From a virus, in the IMG/VR virus record IMGVR_UViG_3300045988_025438, positions 1 through 36,976 of that record: 36,976 nt of DNA. The stretch is one strand, 5' to 3'. The notes beneath the pieces are model-generated. The model had not been told where the DNA came from, ran no database searches, and worked only from the letters and a program-made list of their open reading frames with translations. The translations under genes and the position numbers were made by a program. Below, one piece after another: positions 25,242 to 32,571 of this stretch. Each line of letters starts with the position of its first letter. Position 1 is the first letter of the stretch.

Positions 25242-27500
25242 GTGGAAGACAACAACTTACTTGAATTATTAGAATACATCGACCCCTCAATGCTCAATTA
25301 CCAAGAATGGGTGAATGTGGGAATGGCTCTCAAACATGAAGGCTATTCAGCATCAGACTGGGAATCATGGTCGGCTCGAGATTCGGGACGATATCATCCC
25401 GGGGAATGTTACAGAAAATGGGATACGTTCCAAGGGACAGGCTCTCCAGTCACGGGAGGCACAATCTTCCACATGGCTGTCGAGCAAGGATTCAATCCTT
25501 CTCAAGCTCATGATGATGGAAGAGGAGTCCTCGAGTGGGATTCTTCGATTCAATATGACAACGACTACAAATTCGTTGACAAAGCGTGGATTGACGGAAA
25601 GGAATTCCATGAGCCAAACAATTGGAATCCTGTGCAAGAGATTATTCGCTACTTGGATACATTATTCCAATCAGATGACATCGTGGCATATTCCACTCAA
25701 TCATACGCTAAGACAAACGCTGAGACGGGAGAAATTGAGAAATATCTTCCACAACGAGGGTCATACGATAGAACCGCAGGGAAGCTCATTGACGAGCTTG
25801 AACGATGCGGTGGAGACATTGGCAAGGTCTTAGGCGATTACAACGAGAAAGCAGGAGCATGGGTGCGATTCAACCCAATGGATGGGCAAGGAGTTAAAAA
25901 CGATAATGTCGCAAGTTATCGCTACGCCCTTGTAGAATCGGACAACATGGACTTAGAAAAGCAAAACGCAATCATGCGAGAGCTTGAATTTCCAATTGCA
26001 ACACTCGTGTATAGCGGTGGCAAGTCCATCCATGCAATTGTACGAATCGAAGCAGCAAACAAAGAAGAATACAAGAAGCGTGTTGATTATTTATACAAAA
26101 TTTGTAAGAAGAACGGGCTCAATGTTGACGAACAAAACAAGAATCCAAGTCGATTGAGTCGTCTTCCTGGATTCATTAGGGATGGAAAGAAACAATTCAT
26201 CATTGACACAAACATCGGTCACAAGTCTTGGGATGATTGGTATCAATATATTGAAGATTTGAACGATGATTTGCCGGATCCTGAAGGACTTAGCGAGACT
26301 TGGGACAATATGCCCGAGCTTGCTCCCGAACTCATAAAAGGCGTACTTAGACAAGGTCACAAGATGTTGATTGCGGGACCTTCTAAGGCTGGGAAGTCAT
26401 TCGGGCTCATCAATATGTCAATCGCAATCGCTGAGGGCTCTCAATGGTTCGGTTGGGAATGCACTCAAGGAAAGATTCTATATGTGAATCTCGAGCTTGA
26501 TAGAGCCTCATGCTTGCATCGATTCAAGGATGTATATGCAGCAATGGGCATCGAGCCTCGAAATGTATCTAATATCGATATATGGAACTTACGTGGGAAG
26601 ACAGTACCAATGGACAAGCTTGCACCGAAGTTGATTCGAAGAGCCCACAAGAAAGGCTATATCGCTGTGATTATCGACCCTATATACAAGGTACTCACAG
26701 GGGATGAAAATAGTGCGGATCAGATGGCTCACTTCACGAATCAATTTGACAAAGTTGCGACCGAGCTTGGATGTTCAGTCATTTACTGTCACCACCACTC
26801 AAAAGGGGCACAAGGTGGCAAGAAGTCCATGGATAGAGCAAGTGGCTCAGGCGTATTCGCTCGGGACCCCGATGCCCTTGTCGATTTAGTGGAATTAGAG
26901 CTCACGGATGAGATTATCCAACAACGATGCGACCAATTGGCTTGCGACATCTACAAGGATGCTATCAATCGTATGAATCGACCATACATGGAACAGTACA
27001 TCGGAATGGATGACTTAAGAAGTCCATATCAAATGCGTAATCACTTCGAGAAAGCTGTCGTAAACATCCAAGATAGATGGCAAACGAATGAGCTTATCAA
27101 TCGAGAGACAAGCAAGATTCAAACGATGTCAGCGTGGCGTGTGGATGGGACACTTCGAGAGTTCGCTAAGTTCAAACCAAGAAATGTTTGGTTCAGTTAT
27201 CCACTCCACATTGTGGATGATACAGGCATCCTCGATGATATCGAGTTGGATGATAATACACCAAATTGGAAAAAGACTTGGAAGAAGAATTTCAATGAAA
27301 AGATGACTCCAGCACAACGCAAGGAAGAACGAAAAATTGCATTCGACACAGCATACTCAACTCTAAATGATGGAGTTGCTCCAGTCACTTCGGAGGCACT
27401 TTGTGAATATATGGGCATATCTGAGAAGACTCTCAAGAGACGAATCAAGGAGTTGGATGGGTATGAACTCGAAGGTGAACATGTAACCTTGAAAAAGTAA
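25242..27500 (+). CDS. Bifunctional primase(-polymerase)/replicative helicase (PriCT-like N-terminus, primase core, RepA/AAA_25-type ATPase)
   Basis: GTG start 8 nt after aggag. YSGGKSIHAIVRI and NPSRLSRLPG are primase-type motifs. IAGPSKAGKSF is the Walker A and AVIIDP the Walker B. 752 aa. Confidence 0.8.
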   Translation: MEDNNLLELLEYIDPSMLNYQEWVNVGMALKHEGYSASDWESWSARDSGRYHPGECYRKWDTFQGTGSPVTGGTIFHMAVEQGFNPSQAHDDGRGVLEWDSSIQYDNDYKFVDKAWIDGKEFHEPNNWNPVQEIIRYLDTLFQSDDIVAYSTQSYAKTNAETGEIEKYLPQRGSYDRTAGKLIDELERCGGDIGKVLGDYNEKAGAWVRFNPMDGQGVKNDNVASYRYALVESDNMDLEKQNAIMRELEFPIATLVYSGGKSIHAIVRIEAANKEEYKKRVDYLYKICKKNGLNVDEQNKNPSRLSRLPGFIRDGKKQFIIDTNIGHKSWDDWYQYIEDLNDDLPDPEGLSETWDNMPELAPELIKGVLRQGHKMLIAGPSKAGKSFGLINMSIAIAEGSQWFGWECTQGKILYVNLELDRASCLHRFKDVYAAMGIEPRNVSNIDIWNLRGKTVPMDKLAPKLIRRAHKKGYIAVIIDPIYKVLTGDENSADQMAHFTNQFDKVATELGCSVIYCHHHSKGAQGGKKSMDRASGSGVFARDPDALVDLVELELTDEIIQQRCDQLACDIYKDAINRMNRPYMEQYIGMDDLRSPYQMRNHFEKAVVNIQDRWQTNELINRETSKIQTMSAWRVDGTLREFAKFKPRNVWFSYPLHIVDDTGILDDIELDDNTPNWKKTWKKNFNEKMTPAQRKEERKIAFDTAYSTLNDGVAPVTSEALCEYMGISEKTLKRRIKELDGYELEGEHVTLKK

Positions 27501-27514
27501 ATTCGGAAAAAATC

Positions 27515-27800
27515 CTATTTTCGGACAGGACAAAGTCGGAGTCAGACACCGGGACAGACAGGACAAAACACCGAGTTTGTCCGTGTCCACGGTATAAAAA
27601 TAATTAACCTAAAAGGTGTACTTGGACAGGACAAAATCGGAGTCAGACACCGACTTTGTCCACGGACAGACAACCTATAACCCTAAGAGGGTGTAATTGG
27701 GAAGTGTCCGAAGATTCGTCCATCGTCCATGATAGGAACAGAGCAAGGGGGCTTTAGACTCCGCCCCCTTGTCTGTCCTTTCTATACATGGACAAAAAGC
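27515..27800. repeat. Iteron-rich structured noncoding region, putative origin of replication
   Basis: About 15 GGACA/TGTCC pentamers (plus two CGTCC variants) lie in roughly 280 bp. Two 29-nt direct repeats (27523..27551 and 27624..27652) match 28/29. Each pairs with an inverted partner ccga(c/g)tttgtcc. A second repeat pair is taacc(c)taa(a/g)a(g)ggtgta at about 27604 and 27677. A GC hairpin caagggggc/gcccccttg lies at 27744..27771. Confidence 0.55.
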
Positions 27801-27856
27801 AAAAATAAAAAATAAAAGTCTGTGTGGAATTTCACAAACTTAAAAGGAAAAAATTT

Positions 27857-28081
27857 ATGGCACGTAAAAAATCAAAATTGTTGGAGGTCGGTCGTGATAT
27901 GCCGCTCTTATATCATACATTTCCAGATGAAGAATATGACCCAACGCAATCTCAAGTCCTTCGATGGATTTCAGAACAGCCCGAACTCATGGAATGGATT
28001 TTCAGGCAATTGAAATCTACTGGGTATGTTATCTATGAACCTCAATGGGGTGCGTGGAGAGGCGTTGGGAATCATGATTGA
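27857..28081 (+). CDS. Hypothetical protein (74 aa)
   Basis: ATG at 27857 preceded by aaaagga. Overlaps the rusA start by 8 nt. Confidence 0.45.
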   Translation: MARKKSKLLEVGRDMPLLYHTFPDEEYDPTQSQVLRWISEQPELMEWIFRQLKSTGYVIYEPQWGAWRGVGNHD

Positions 28082-28472
28082 ATTCTTCATTCCCATGGAA
28101 AAGATTCCAACAACGACTCATCAACAAAAGCAAGTCACTTGTAGGAATGGTAAGCCTCATTTTTATGAACCTCCTAAGCTCATACAGGCTCGAGCGAAGT
28201 ATATGGCACACTTCTCTCACTTCGCTCCTAAAACGCCTCTTCGTGGATGTGTGAGGCTCACAATCAAATGGTGCTTCCCTCTAAAAGATGGAACATACAA
28301 CGGACAATACAAGGGAACAAAACCAGATTTGGACAACATGGAGAAATTGCTGCTTGATTGTCTCACCGATTTGGGATTTTGGGAAGATGACAATAAGGTC
28401 GCCTCTAAAATCTCAGAAAAGTTCTATGCGGATCCACCTGGAATCTATATCCGATTGGAGGAGCTCGAATGA
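28074..28472 (+). CDS. rusA: RusA-family Holliday junction resolvase
   Basis: 132 aa from the ATG at 28074. KPDLDNMEKLLLDCLTDLGFWEDDNKV matches the RusA catalytic Asp cluster. Confidence 0.8.
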   Translation: MIEFFIPMEKIPTTTHQQKQVTCRNGKPHFYEPPKLIQARAKYMAHFSHFAPKTPLRGCVRLTIKWCFPLKDGTYNGQYKGTKPDLDNMEKLLLDCLTDLGFWEDDNKVASKISEKFYADPPGIYIRLEELE

Positions 28473-28696
28473 AATTAGATTATCACGAATTCTTGAATAA
28501 GGTTGCCGATTGGATTGTTGAACAAGAAAAAGTCGCTCAGAAGTTGGGCTTCGGTTCGGTTGAATATTTCAATTGGGTCTTTGAATCAAGTGGAAAGCTA
28601 TGTGATGAATACGAGAATCATCCATTCGTGAAAAGACAAATGCTCATGGTGTTCGAACACATCGATGAAGCCTTCAAGAATCAAAATCAGAAATAA
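28469..28696 (+). CDS. Hypothetical protein (75 aa)
   Basis: ATGA overlap with rusA. No recognised motif. Confidence 0.45.
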   Translation: MKLDYHEFLNKVADWIVEQEKVAQKLGFGSVEYFNWVFESSGKLCDEYENHPFVKRQMLMVFEHIDEAFKNQNQK

Positions 28697-28707
28697 GGAG
28701 AATAATT

Positions 28708-29094
28708 ATGGCAAATCAAATCGAAGGATTGAACGGGACTCGTTCAACTTACATGTACGAACACATCGAGATTGTGGAGATTGATGGTGTTCGAATGGTT
28801 CGAAGATTAAAAGACAAGAAAATCATTGGACTCAATGCACCGAAGAAAGAAACACAAGAAGGAAGCTATCAACGACAACGCAGCAAGAGCAAACCAAGAT
28901 ATCAAGACTCAGCCCTGAAAGAAGAACTCACTCAATTCTTCAAAGACACAGGGATGTCAATCGGAGAGTTTGTCAAAGATTCCAATATCATCAATTATCA
29001 TCTTGTGTGGAGTTTCGTTCACGGGAAAAATCGCATCACATTAGATGCAATAAACGAAATCAAAAGGAGAATAGATGCTTATGGAAGACATTAA
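28708..29094 (+). CDS. Hypothetical protein (128 aa) with a possible C-terminal HTH
   Basis: RBS aaggag. MSIGEFVKDSNIINYHLVWSFVHGKNRIT looks HTH-like. Weak assignment. Confidence 0.4.
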   Translation: MANQIEGLNGTRSTYMYEHIEIVEIDGVRMVRRLKDKKIIGLNAPKKETQEGSYQRQRSKSKPRYQDSALKEELTQFFKDTGMSIGEFVKDSNIINYHLVWSFVHGKNRITLDAINEIKRRIDAYGRH

Positions 29095-29548
29095 AATCTA
29101 TATGATTATTAGAAATCAAGAGCCTCACTTCTTATTCGAACGCATTGAAGACTATTCAAGCATGAGAGGATATCTTGCAAAGGCTCATCCAATCTACACA
29201 CACCGATTCACGAAACACGTTGAGAAAGCAATGCACTTCCTCACAATCAAAGAAGCGTTGGATTTTATCCAAGCAAACAAAATTGATGGCTCTATCATCA
29301 AGGACTTATCTCAAGAAAGACTTAAACGAAAAGTGATGTCCAAACAGTATCTTGAAGATTATGGAGATGTTATCACTTATCTGTATAGTGTCATTGGGAA
29401 TTCAAGCGATAAGATGCTTCAAGCTGCTCATGATATGCACGTTAGTGTGACATCGTTGACTAAATTCATGCGAGATCCGTATTCGCTCACTTCTCAAACA
29501 AGAGACAAGATTGTGGCGAATATTACACGAATAAATAAGGAGGACTAA
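29075..29548 (+). CDS. Hypothetical protein (157 aa) with a possible C-terminal HTH
   Basis: The start is uncertain (29075, 29081 or 29102). MLQAAHDMHVSVTSLTKFMRDP looks HTH-like. Confidence 0.4.
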   Translation: MLMEDIKIYMIIRNQEPHFLFERIEDYSSMRGYLAKAHPIYTHRFTKHVEKAMHFLTIKEALDFIQANKIDGSIIKDLSQERLKRKVMSKQYLEDYGDVITYLYSVIGNSSDKMLQAAHDMHVSVTSLTKFMRDPYSLTSQTRDKIVANITRINKED

Positions 29549-29550
29549 GA

Positions 29551-29841
29551 ATGAAAGAGAAAACAGAATTCGAAAAATTGATGGACGATGTGCATTACTT
29601 AATTATTGCGCATTGTAAGTACAAGGACATGTCTATGTATGACAGAGCGTTGAAACAATTCCAAGAAGACATCAACTATGGACAACTCGAAGAGATGAGC
29701 TACGATGAACGATTTGCTTTCTTAATTGGATTTGAAACATCGTTGAAGGCGATAGATAATGCTATCAAATTAAGCAAACAATTGAAGGAAAATCCCAAAA
29801 CTATTGAAGTGTTCAATAATATGTTGGGGATGAGTAAATGA
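29551..29841 (+). CDS. Hypothetical protein (96 aa)
   Basis: RBS aaggagg. No recognised motif. Confidence 0.45.
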   Translation: MKEKTEFEKLMDDVHYLIIAHCKYKDMSMYDRALKQFQEDINYGQLEEMSYDERFAFLIGFETSLKAIDNAIKLSKQLKENPKTIEVFNNMLGMSK

Positions 29842-30059
29842 AAATAAATATCAAGGATTTGATTGAAAAAGCTCGAAAAATTTATGGAGAACTCGAAGTC
29901 GATGGATATTATGGCGAACAATGTACGATAGAAAAAGATGGAGTGATTCTATATCAGAATATAGGTCTTTGGAAAACGTATAGAGAAGTATGGGAATGCA
30001 GCAAACGGACGCTAGATATAAAGGAGGATGAAATATGGATGAAACGACAACATCGTTGA
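29838..30059 (+). CDS. Hypothetical protein (73 aa)
   Basis: ATGA overlap with the upstream gene. Confidence 0.45.
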   Translation: MKINIKDLIEKARKIYGELEVDGYYGEQCTIEKDGVILYQNIGLWKTYREVWECSKRTLDIKEDEIWMKRQHR

Positions 30060-30226
30060 GCGTTAAGGTTAAATTTAGAATCACCCTTTTGACGATGCAT
30101 TGTGGAGGGCGGTTTTCCCGCAACTCAAAGAACAATTGGGAATCGAACAAATCAATATTGTGGAATCTAAATTATATCTTTCACCATTTAAGCATTACTA
30201 CGATGTATATGTGGATAAGGCTTTAA
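30035..30226 (+). other. Strong start (aaggagg-N7-ATG) opening a frame that degenerates. Probable true 5' end of the gene whose body is 30100..30351.
   Basis: After about 17 codons this frame gives a low-plausibility peptide (MHCGGRFSRNSKNNWESNKS...), while the -1 frame, open from 30079, reads like a real protein. Confidence 0.35.
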
Positions 30227-30351
30227 TTGATAAATATGGTATGGAAGTAGTAAACGAAATGGTGAGAGAAAAAATCAAAGAACGAATCGACAAAGAAATG
30301 AAACGAGATTTAGGTTTTTTGAAAGATATGGAGGAACAACAATGGAATTAA
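30100..30351 (+). CDS. Hypothetical protein (83 aa as tracked); no credible own start
   Basis: It has only a TTG start and no RBS. The frame is open from 30079. See the frame-break finding. Confidence 0.4.
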   Translation: MWRAVFPQLKEQLGIEQINIVESKLYLSPFKHYYDVYVDKALIDKYGMEVVNEMVREKIKERIDKEMKRDLGFLKDMEEQQWN

Positions 30352-30557
30352 TTGTATTTTTAAAAAATGGAGACACTCTTAAATTTGAAAATGTGTCAAA
30401 CGTAAGATTTAGCACGAACTTCTTTACAGTATTGTGTTTTGACTACGTAAGTGCATCGAATCATAAGAAGAAAAGTGCAGCATTCAATTTTGTGCACTTA
30501 GCAGGAGTATCATTCGAGGAGGGCTTGACCGATGTTGACAGTCTATTCAAAGCCTAG
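30342..30557 (+). CDS. Hypothetical protein (71 aa)
   Basis: RBS ggagg. Overlaps the upstream stop. Confidence 0.45.
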   Translation: MELIVFLKNGDTLKFENVSNVRFSTNFFTVLCFDYVSASNHKKKSAAFNFVHLAGVSFEEGLTDVDSLFKA

Positions 30558-30771
30558 ATGTATGCAATGCGAGATGACAAAAATGTGGCTCGGACAAAAC
30601 AAAATCAAATACGAAAATGTGGACATCGAAGCGAATCCAGGAGCGTTCGAACTTTTGAAACATTATGGATTCACATCGCTTCCAGTCGTGGTGATTGATG
30701 ACGAATTCGGGGACCCGAACAAGACTTGGATGGGATTTCAAGTCGATAAATTAGAAAGGTTGATTGAATGA
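30532..30771 (+). CDS. nrdH: NrdH-type glutaredoxin-like redoxin
   Basis: 79 aa. It has the MLTVYSKPRCMQCEMTK redox motif (CxxC), then SLPVV and W.GF, typical of NrdH. Confidence 0.8.
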   Translation: MLTVYSKPRCMQCEMTKMWLGQNKIKYENVDIEANPGAFELLKHYGFTSLPVVVIDDEFGDPNKTWMGFQVDKLERLIE

Positions 30772-30920
30772 TTGTATGGGCATTGTTTGATTCAGGGAAT
30801 GGCTGCTACGCTCAAGGAGTTCGAGAACTGAATGAGGGGGGGGCAGAAGATGACAATCTATTCTGTGGGATTGGACATCGAGAACAAGAACAATCACTTC
30901 ATTCACTTGAATCTTGCTGA
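30768..30920 (+). other. 5' segment of the methyltransferase-like gene, carrying the SAM-binding motif I, out of frame with the body
   Basis: The ATG at 30768 overlaps the nrdH stop (ATGA). It encodes MIVWALFDSGNGCYAQGVRELNEGG, an FxGxG-like motif I, then runs into the G8 tract and stops at 30918-30920. Confidence 0.55.
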
Positions 30921-31536
30921 TTATTCATACTTATTTGGAGACAACAAGCTCTATGAGACTCTTGACAAGCTCCCTCATCCTGACCTCATCATTGCAAGTC
31001 CTCCTTGTGAATCATGGTCGATTGCATCGTCAATGGACAAAGGGAATGCGTGTTGGAAACAAGAACGAGCGGATGATTGCTTATTCGAACCACAAATTCC
31101 ACTAAGCCCATTCACAATCAGAGACTTCAATGACTACGAGCGATATCAATTCAAACCAGAAAGACAAATCGTCAAACGAATCAATGGTGAATTGTGTACT
31201 CACAACTTGATTCAAATTATTAAACGATACAACCCGAAATATTATGTCATTGAGAATCCCGAGCGTTCAAGAATATGGGACTATATTGACAGAATTCTCG
31301 GGTTTAAAATCCCGTATGATAATCTAGTTCACTATAATCAATATGATGATTATCATCTTCAAAAGCCTACGAAATTCAAGTCGAATGTTAGGTTGGATTT
31401 GAAAACAGGAAACAAACCAAGTGCAGCGGTATTCAAAAACGTAAATGGATACAACAATCGCTCAAATATTCCGATTAGTTTAGTGAAAAGCATCTTCAAT
31501 CAAATTCTTGAAATGGAGGGATTGAATGAAAGATAA
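30832..31536 (+). CDS. C5-cytosine-methyltransferase-like protein body (PPC and ENx motifs); lacks motif I as tracked
   Basis: DLIIASPPCESWS corresponds to motif IV (PC-Q-x-FS). YYVIENPERS corresponds to motif VI (ENV). RSNIPISL is possibly motif X. At about 256 aa when fused it is short for a canonical Dcm, and no clear target-recognition domain is visible. Confidence 0.55.
   Translation: MRGGQKMTIYSVGLDIENKNNHFIHLNLADYSYLFGDNKLYETLDKLPHPDLIIASPPCESWSIASSMDKGNACWKQERADDCLFEPQIPLSPFTIRDFNDYERYQFKPERQIVKRINGELCTHNLIQIIKRYNPKYYVIENPERSRIWDYIDRILGFKIPYDNLVHYNQYDDYHLQKPTKFKSNVRLDLKTGNKPSAAVFKNVNGYNNRSNIPISLVKSIFNQILEMEGLNER
30836..30843 (+). repeat. G8 homopolymer at the frame break of the methyltransferase-like gene
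   Basis: Eight consecutive G, counted directly. G7 would fuse 30768.. to the 30832..31536 frame. Confidence 0.95.
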
Positions 31537-31924
31537 GAAAATCGCTGAGATTCGATTCAGAGAGTATCCATACTATGACCGAGAAATCACATCGAGAAAA
31601 TTCGATATGTTATGCCATAGGGAAGAAGATGTGAATTCATGGATCCGTGCAAAAGGAACGAATTCGAAAGCAGCGGAAAACGAGCTCATTCGATTTGAGA
31701 GTGACAAGTATATTCAGAATCGTCTCTTTTGGAAACGATGTGTGGAAGAAACTCTTGAAGAGCTCGATGATAAACAAAGAGAATTTGTCACAGAATATTA
31801 CTTTGATGATGTGTACGACTATCGTTCTCTTGCGAAGAAACACTTCACGAATAGAAATGTCATCATGAACGCTTGCAATCTAGCGTGTGAGATTTTACTC
31901 GTAAAATTAGGAGAAAAATTTTAG
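31526..31924 (+). CDS. ArpU/RinA-superfamily late-gene transcriptional regulator
   Basis: 132 aa, last gene before terS. The IRFREYPYYDREI N-terminus and the sigma-region-4-like C-terminus (REFVTEYYFDD...SLAKKHFTNRNVIMN) fit the family. Assigned by position and pattern. Confidence 0.55.
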   Translation: MKDKKIAEIRFREYPYYDREITSRKFDMLCHREEDVNSWIRAKGTNSKAAENELIRFESDKYIQNRLFWKRCVEETLEELDDKQREFVTEYYFDDVYDYRSLAKKHFTNRNVIMNACNLACEILLVKLGEKF

Positions 31925-31943
31925 TAGTGACAGAAAAGGGTGT

Positions 31944-31971
31944 TTGTCACGAGAAAAACGTGATATATTAT
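31944..31971 (+). promoter_or_regulatory. Candidate promoter upstream of the packaging operon (TTGTCA, 16-nt spacer, TATTAT; alternatively extended -10 TGaTATATT)
   Basis: Read directly. Overlapped by inverted repeats gtgaca/tgtcac (31927..31950) and tcacg/cgtga (31947..31963). Confidence 0.35.
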
Positions 31972-32039
31972 TAGTGTGAAAAGGTGTAAGAGAACGAAAG
32001 CATCTAGTCATGTGTGAAAACTCCTTTTATTTATTTTTA

Positions 32040-32068
32040 CCTCGGGACCTCCACGCCCGAGGTTTTTT
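32040..32068 (+). terminator. Rho-independent terminator 38 nt upstream of terS
   Basis: Stem cctcggg/cccgagg, loop acctccacg, then tttttt. Confidence 0.75.
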
Positions 32069-32105
32069 AATGCAATGAAAAGACTGAGAAGAGAGGTGAT
32101 TGGAA

Positions 32106-32546
32106 ATGGCAAAATATACAGAATGGCTAACTCCCGAGGGTTTAATTCTTGTTGAAGGTTGGGCACGAGATGGGCTCATTGATGAGCAAATCGCTAAAAA
32201 TATGAATGTTGCTTATTCTACGTTCAGAGAATGGAAAAAGAAATTTCCAACACTTTCGGCAGCCTTAAAGCAAGGAAAAGAAGTTTCTGACAGACAAGTT
32301 GAAAATGCTCTTTTCAAAACAGCAACAGGATACTACTATCAAGAAGAAACTGTCACAAATGCTGGAGAGATAGTCACAATCAAGAAATACAGTAAACCGA
32401 ACACGACCGCTCAAATTTTCTGGTTGAAGAATAGAAAAACGGAATGGACGGATCGTGTTGATATAAATGCACAAGTGGAAACTAAAAATAAATTCGATGA
32501 CATCGTGAGTCAACTTGGGAATCACGGTGAAGGTTTAACAGAATAA
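32106..32546 (+). CDS. terS: Terminase small subunit
   Basis: ATG at 32106 after agaggtg. 146 aa. N-terminal HTH-like segment LIDEQIAKNMNVAYSTFREWKKKF. The remainder (VENALFKTATGY...IFWLKNR) is typical of Gram-positive phage TerS. Confidence 0.75.
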   Translation: MAKYTEWLTPEGLILVEGWARDGLIDEQIAKNMNVAYSTFREWKKKFPTLSAALKQGKEVSDRQVENALFKTATGYYYQEETVTNAGEIVTIKKYSKPNTTAQIFWLKNRKTEWTDRVDINAQVETKNKFDDIVSQLGNHGEGLTE

Positions 32547-32571
32547 AATTAGAGAGTTGGAGGATTCAACT

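Noticed and set aside
25315-25833. 172-aa alternative-frame ORF, and similar ones at 21886..22254, 16519..16719 and 12655..12900
   Set aside because: They are embedded in strongly supported genes (primase-helicase, ATPases, endolysin, fibre) in another frame. They have no RBS and their sequence composition is unnatural.
27523-27652. Two 29-nt direct repeats that could be read as a mini CRISPR array
   Set aside because: There are only two copies. The sequence between them is full of the same GGACA motif and inverted partners. No cas genes or leader are present. Iterons or an origin explain the region better.
27744-27771. GC-rich 9-bp hairpin as the terminator of the replication operon
   Set aside because: The downstream sequence (tctgtcctttct) is only weakly U-rich. 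I keep it as part of the structured ori-like region rather than calling a terminator.
30836-30852. The G8 run acting only as a Shine-Dalgarno for the ATG at 30850, making the shorter ORF the real gene
   Set aside because: This is possible for translation. However, the upstream frame encodes the otherwise missing SAM-binding motif I and has a canonical coupled start at 30768. A single interrupted gene is therefore the better explanation.
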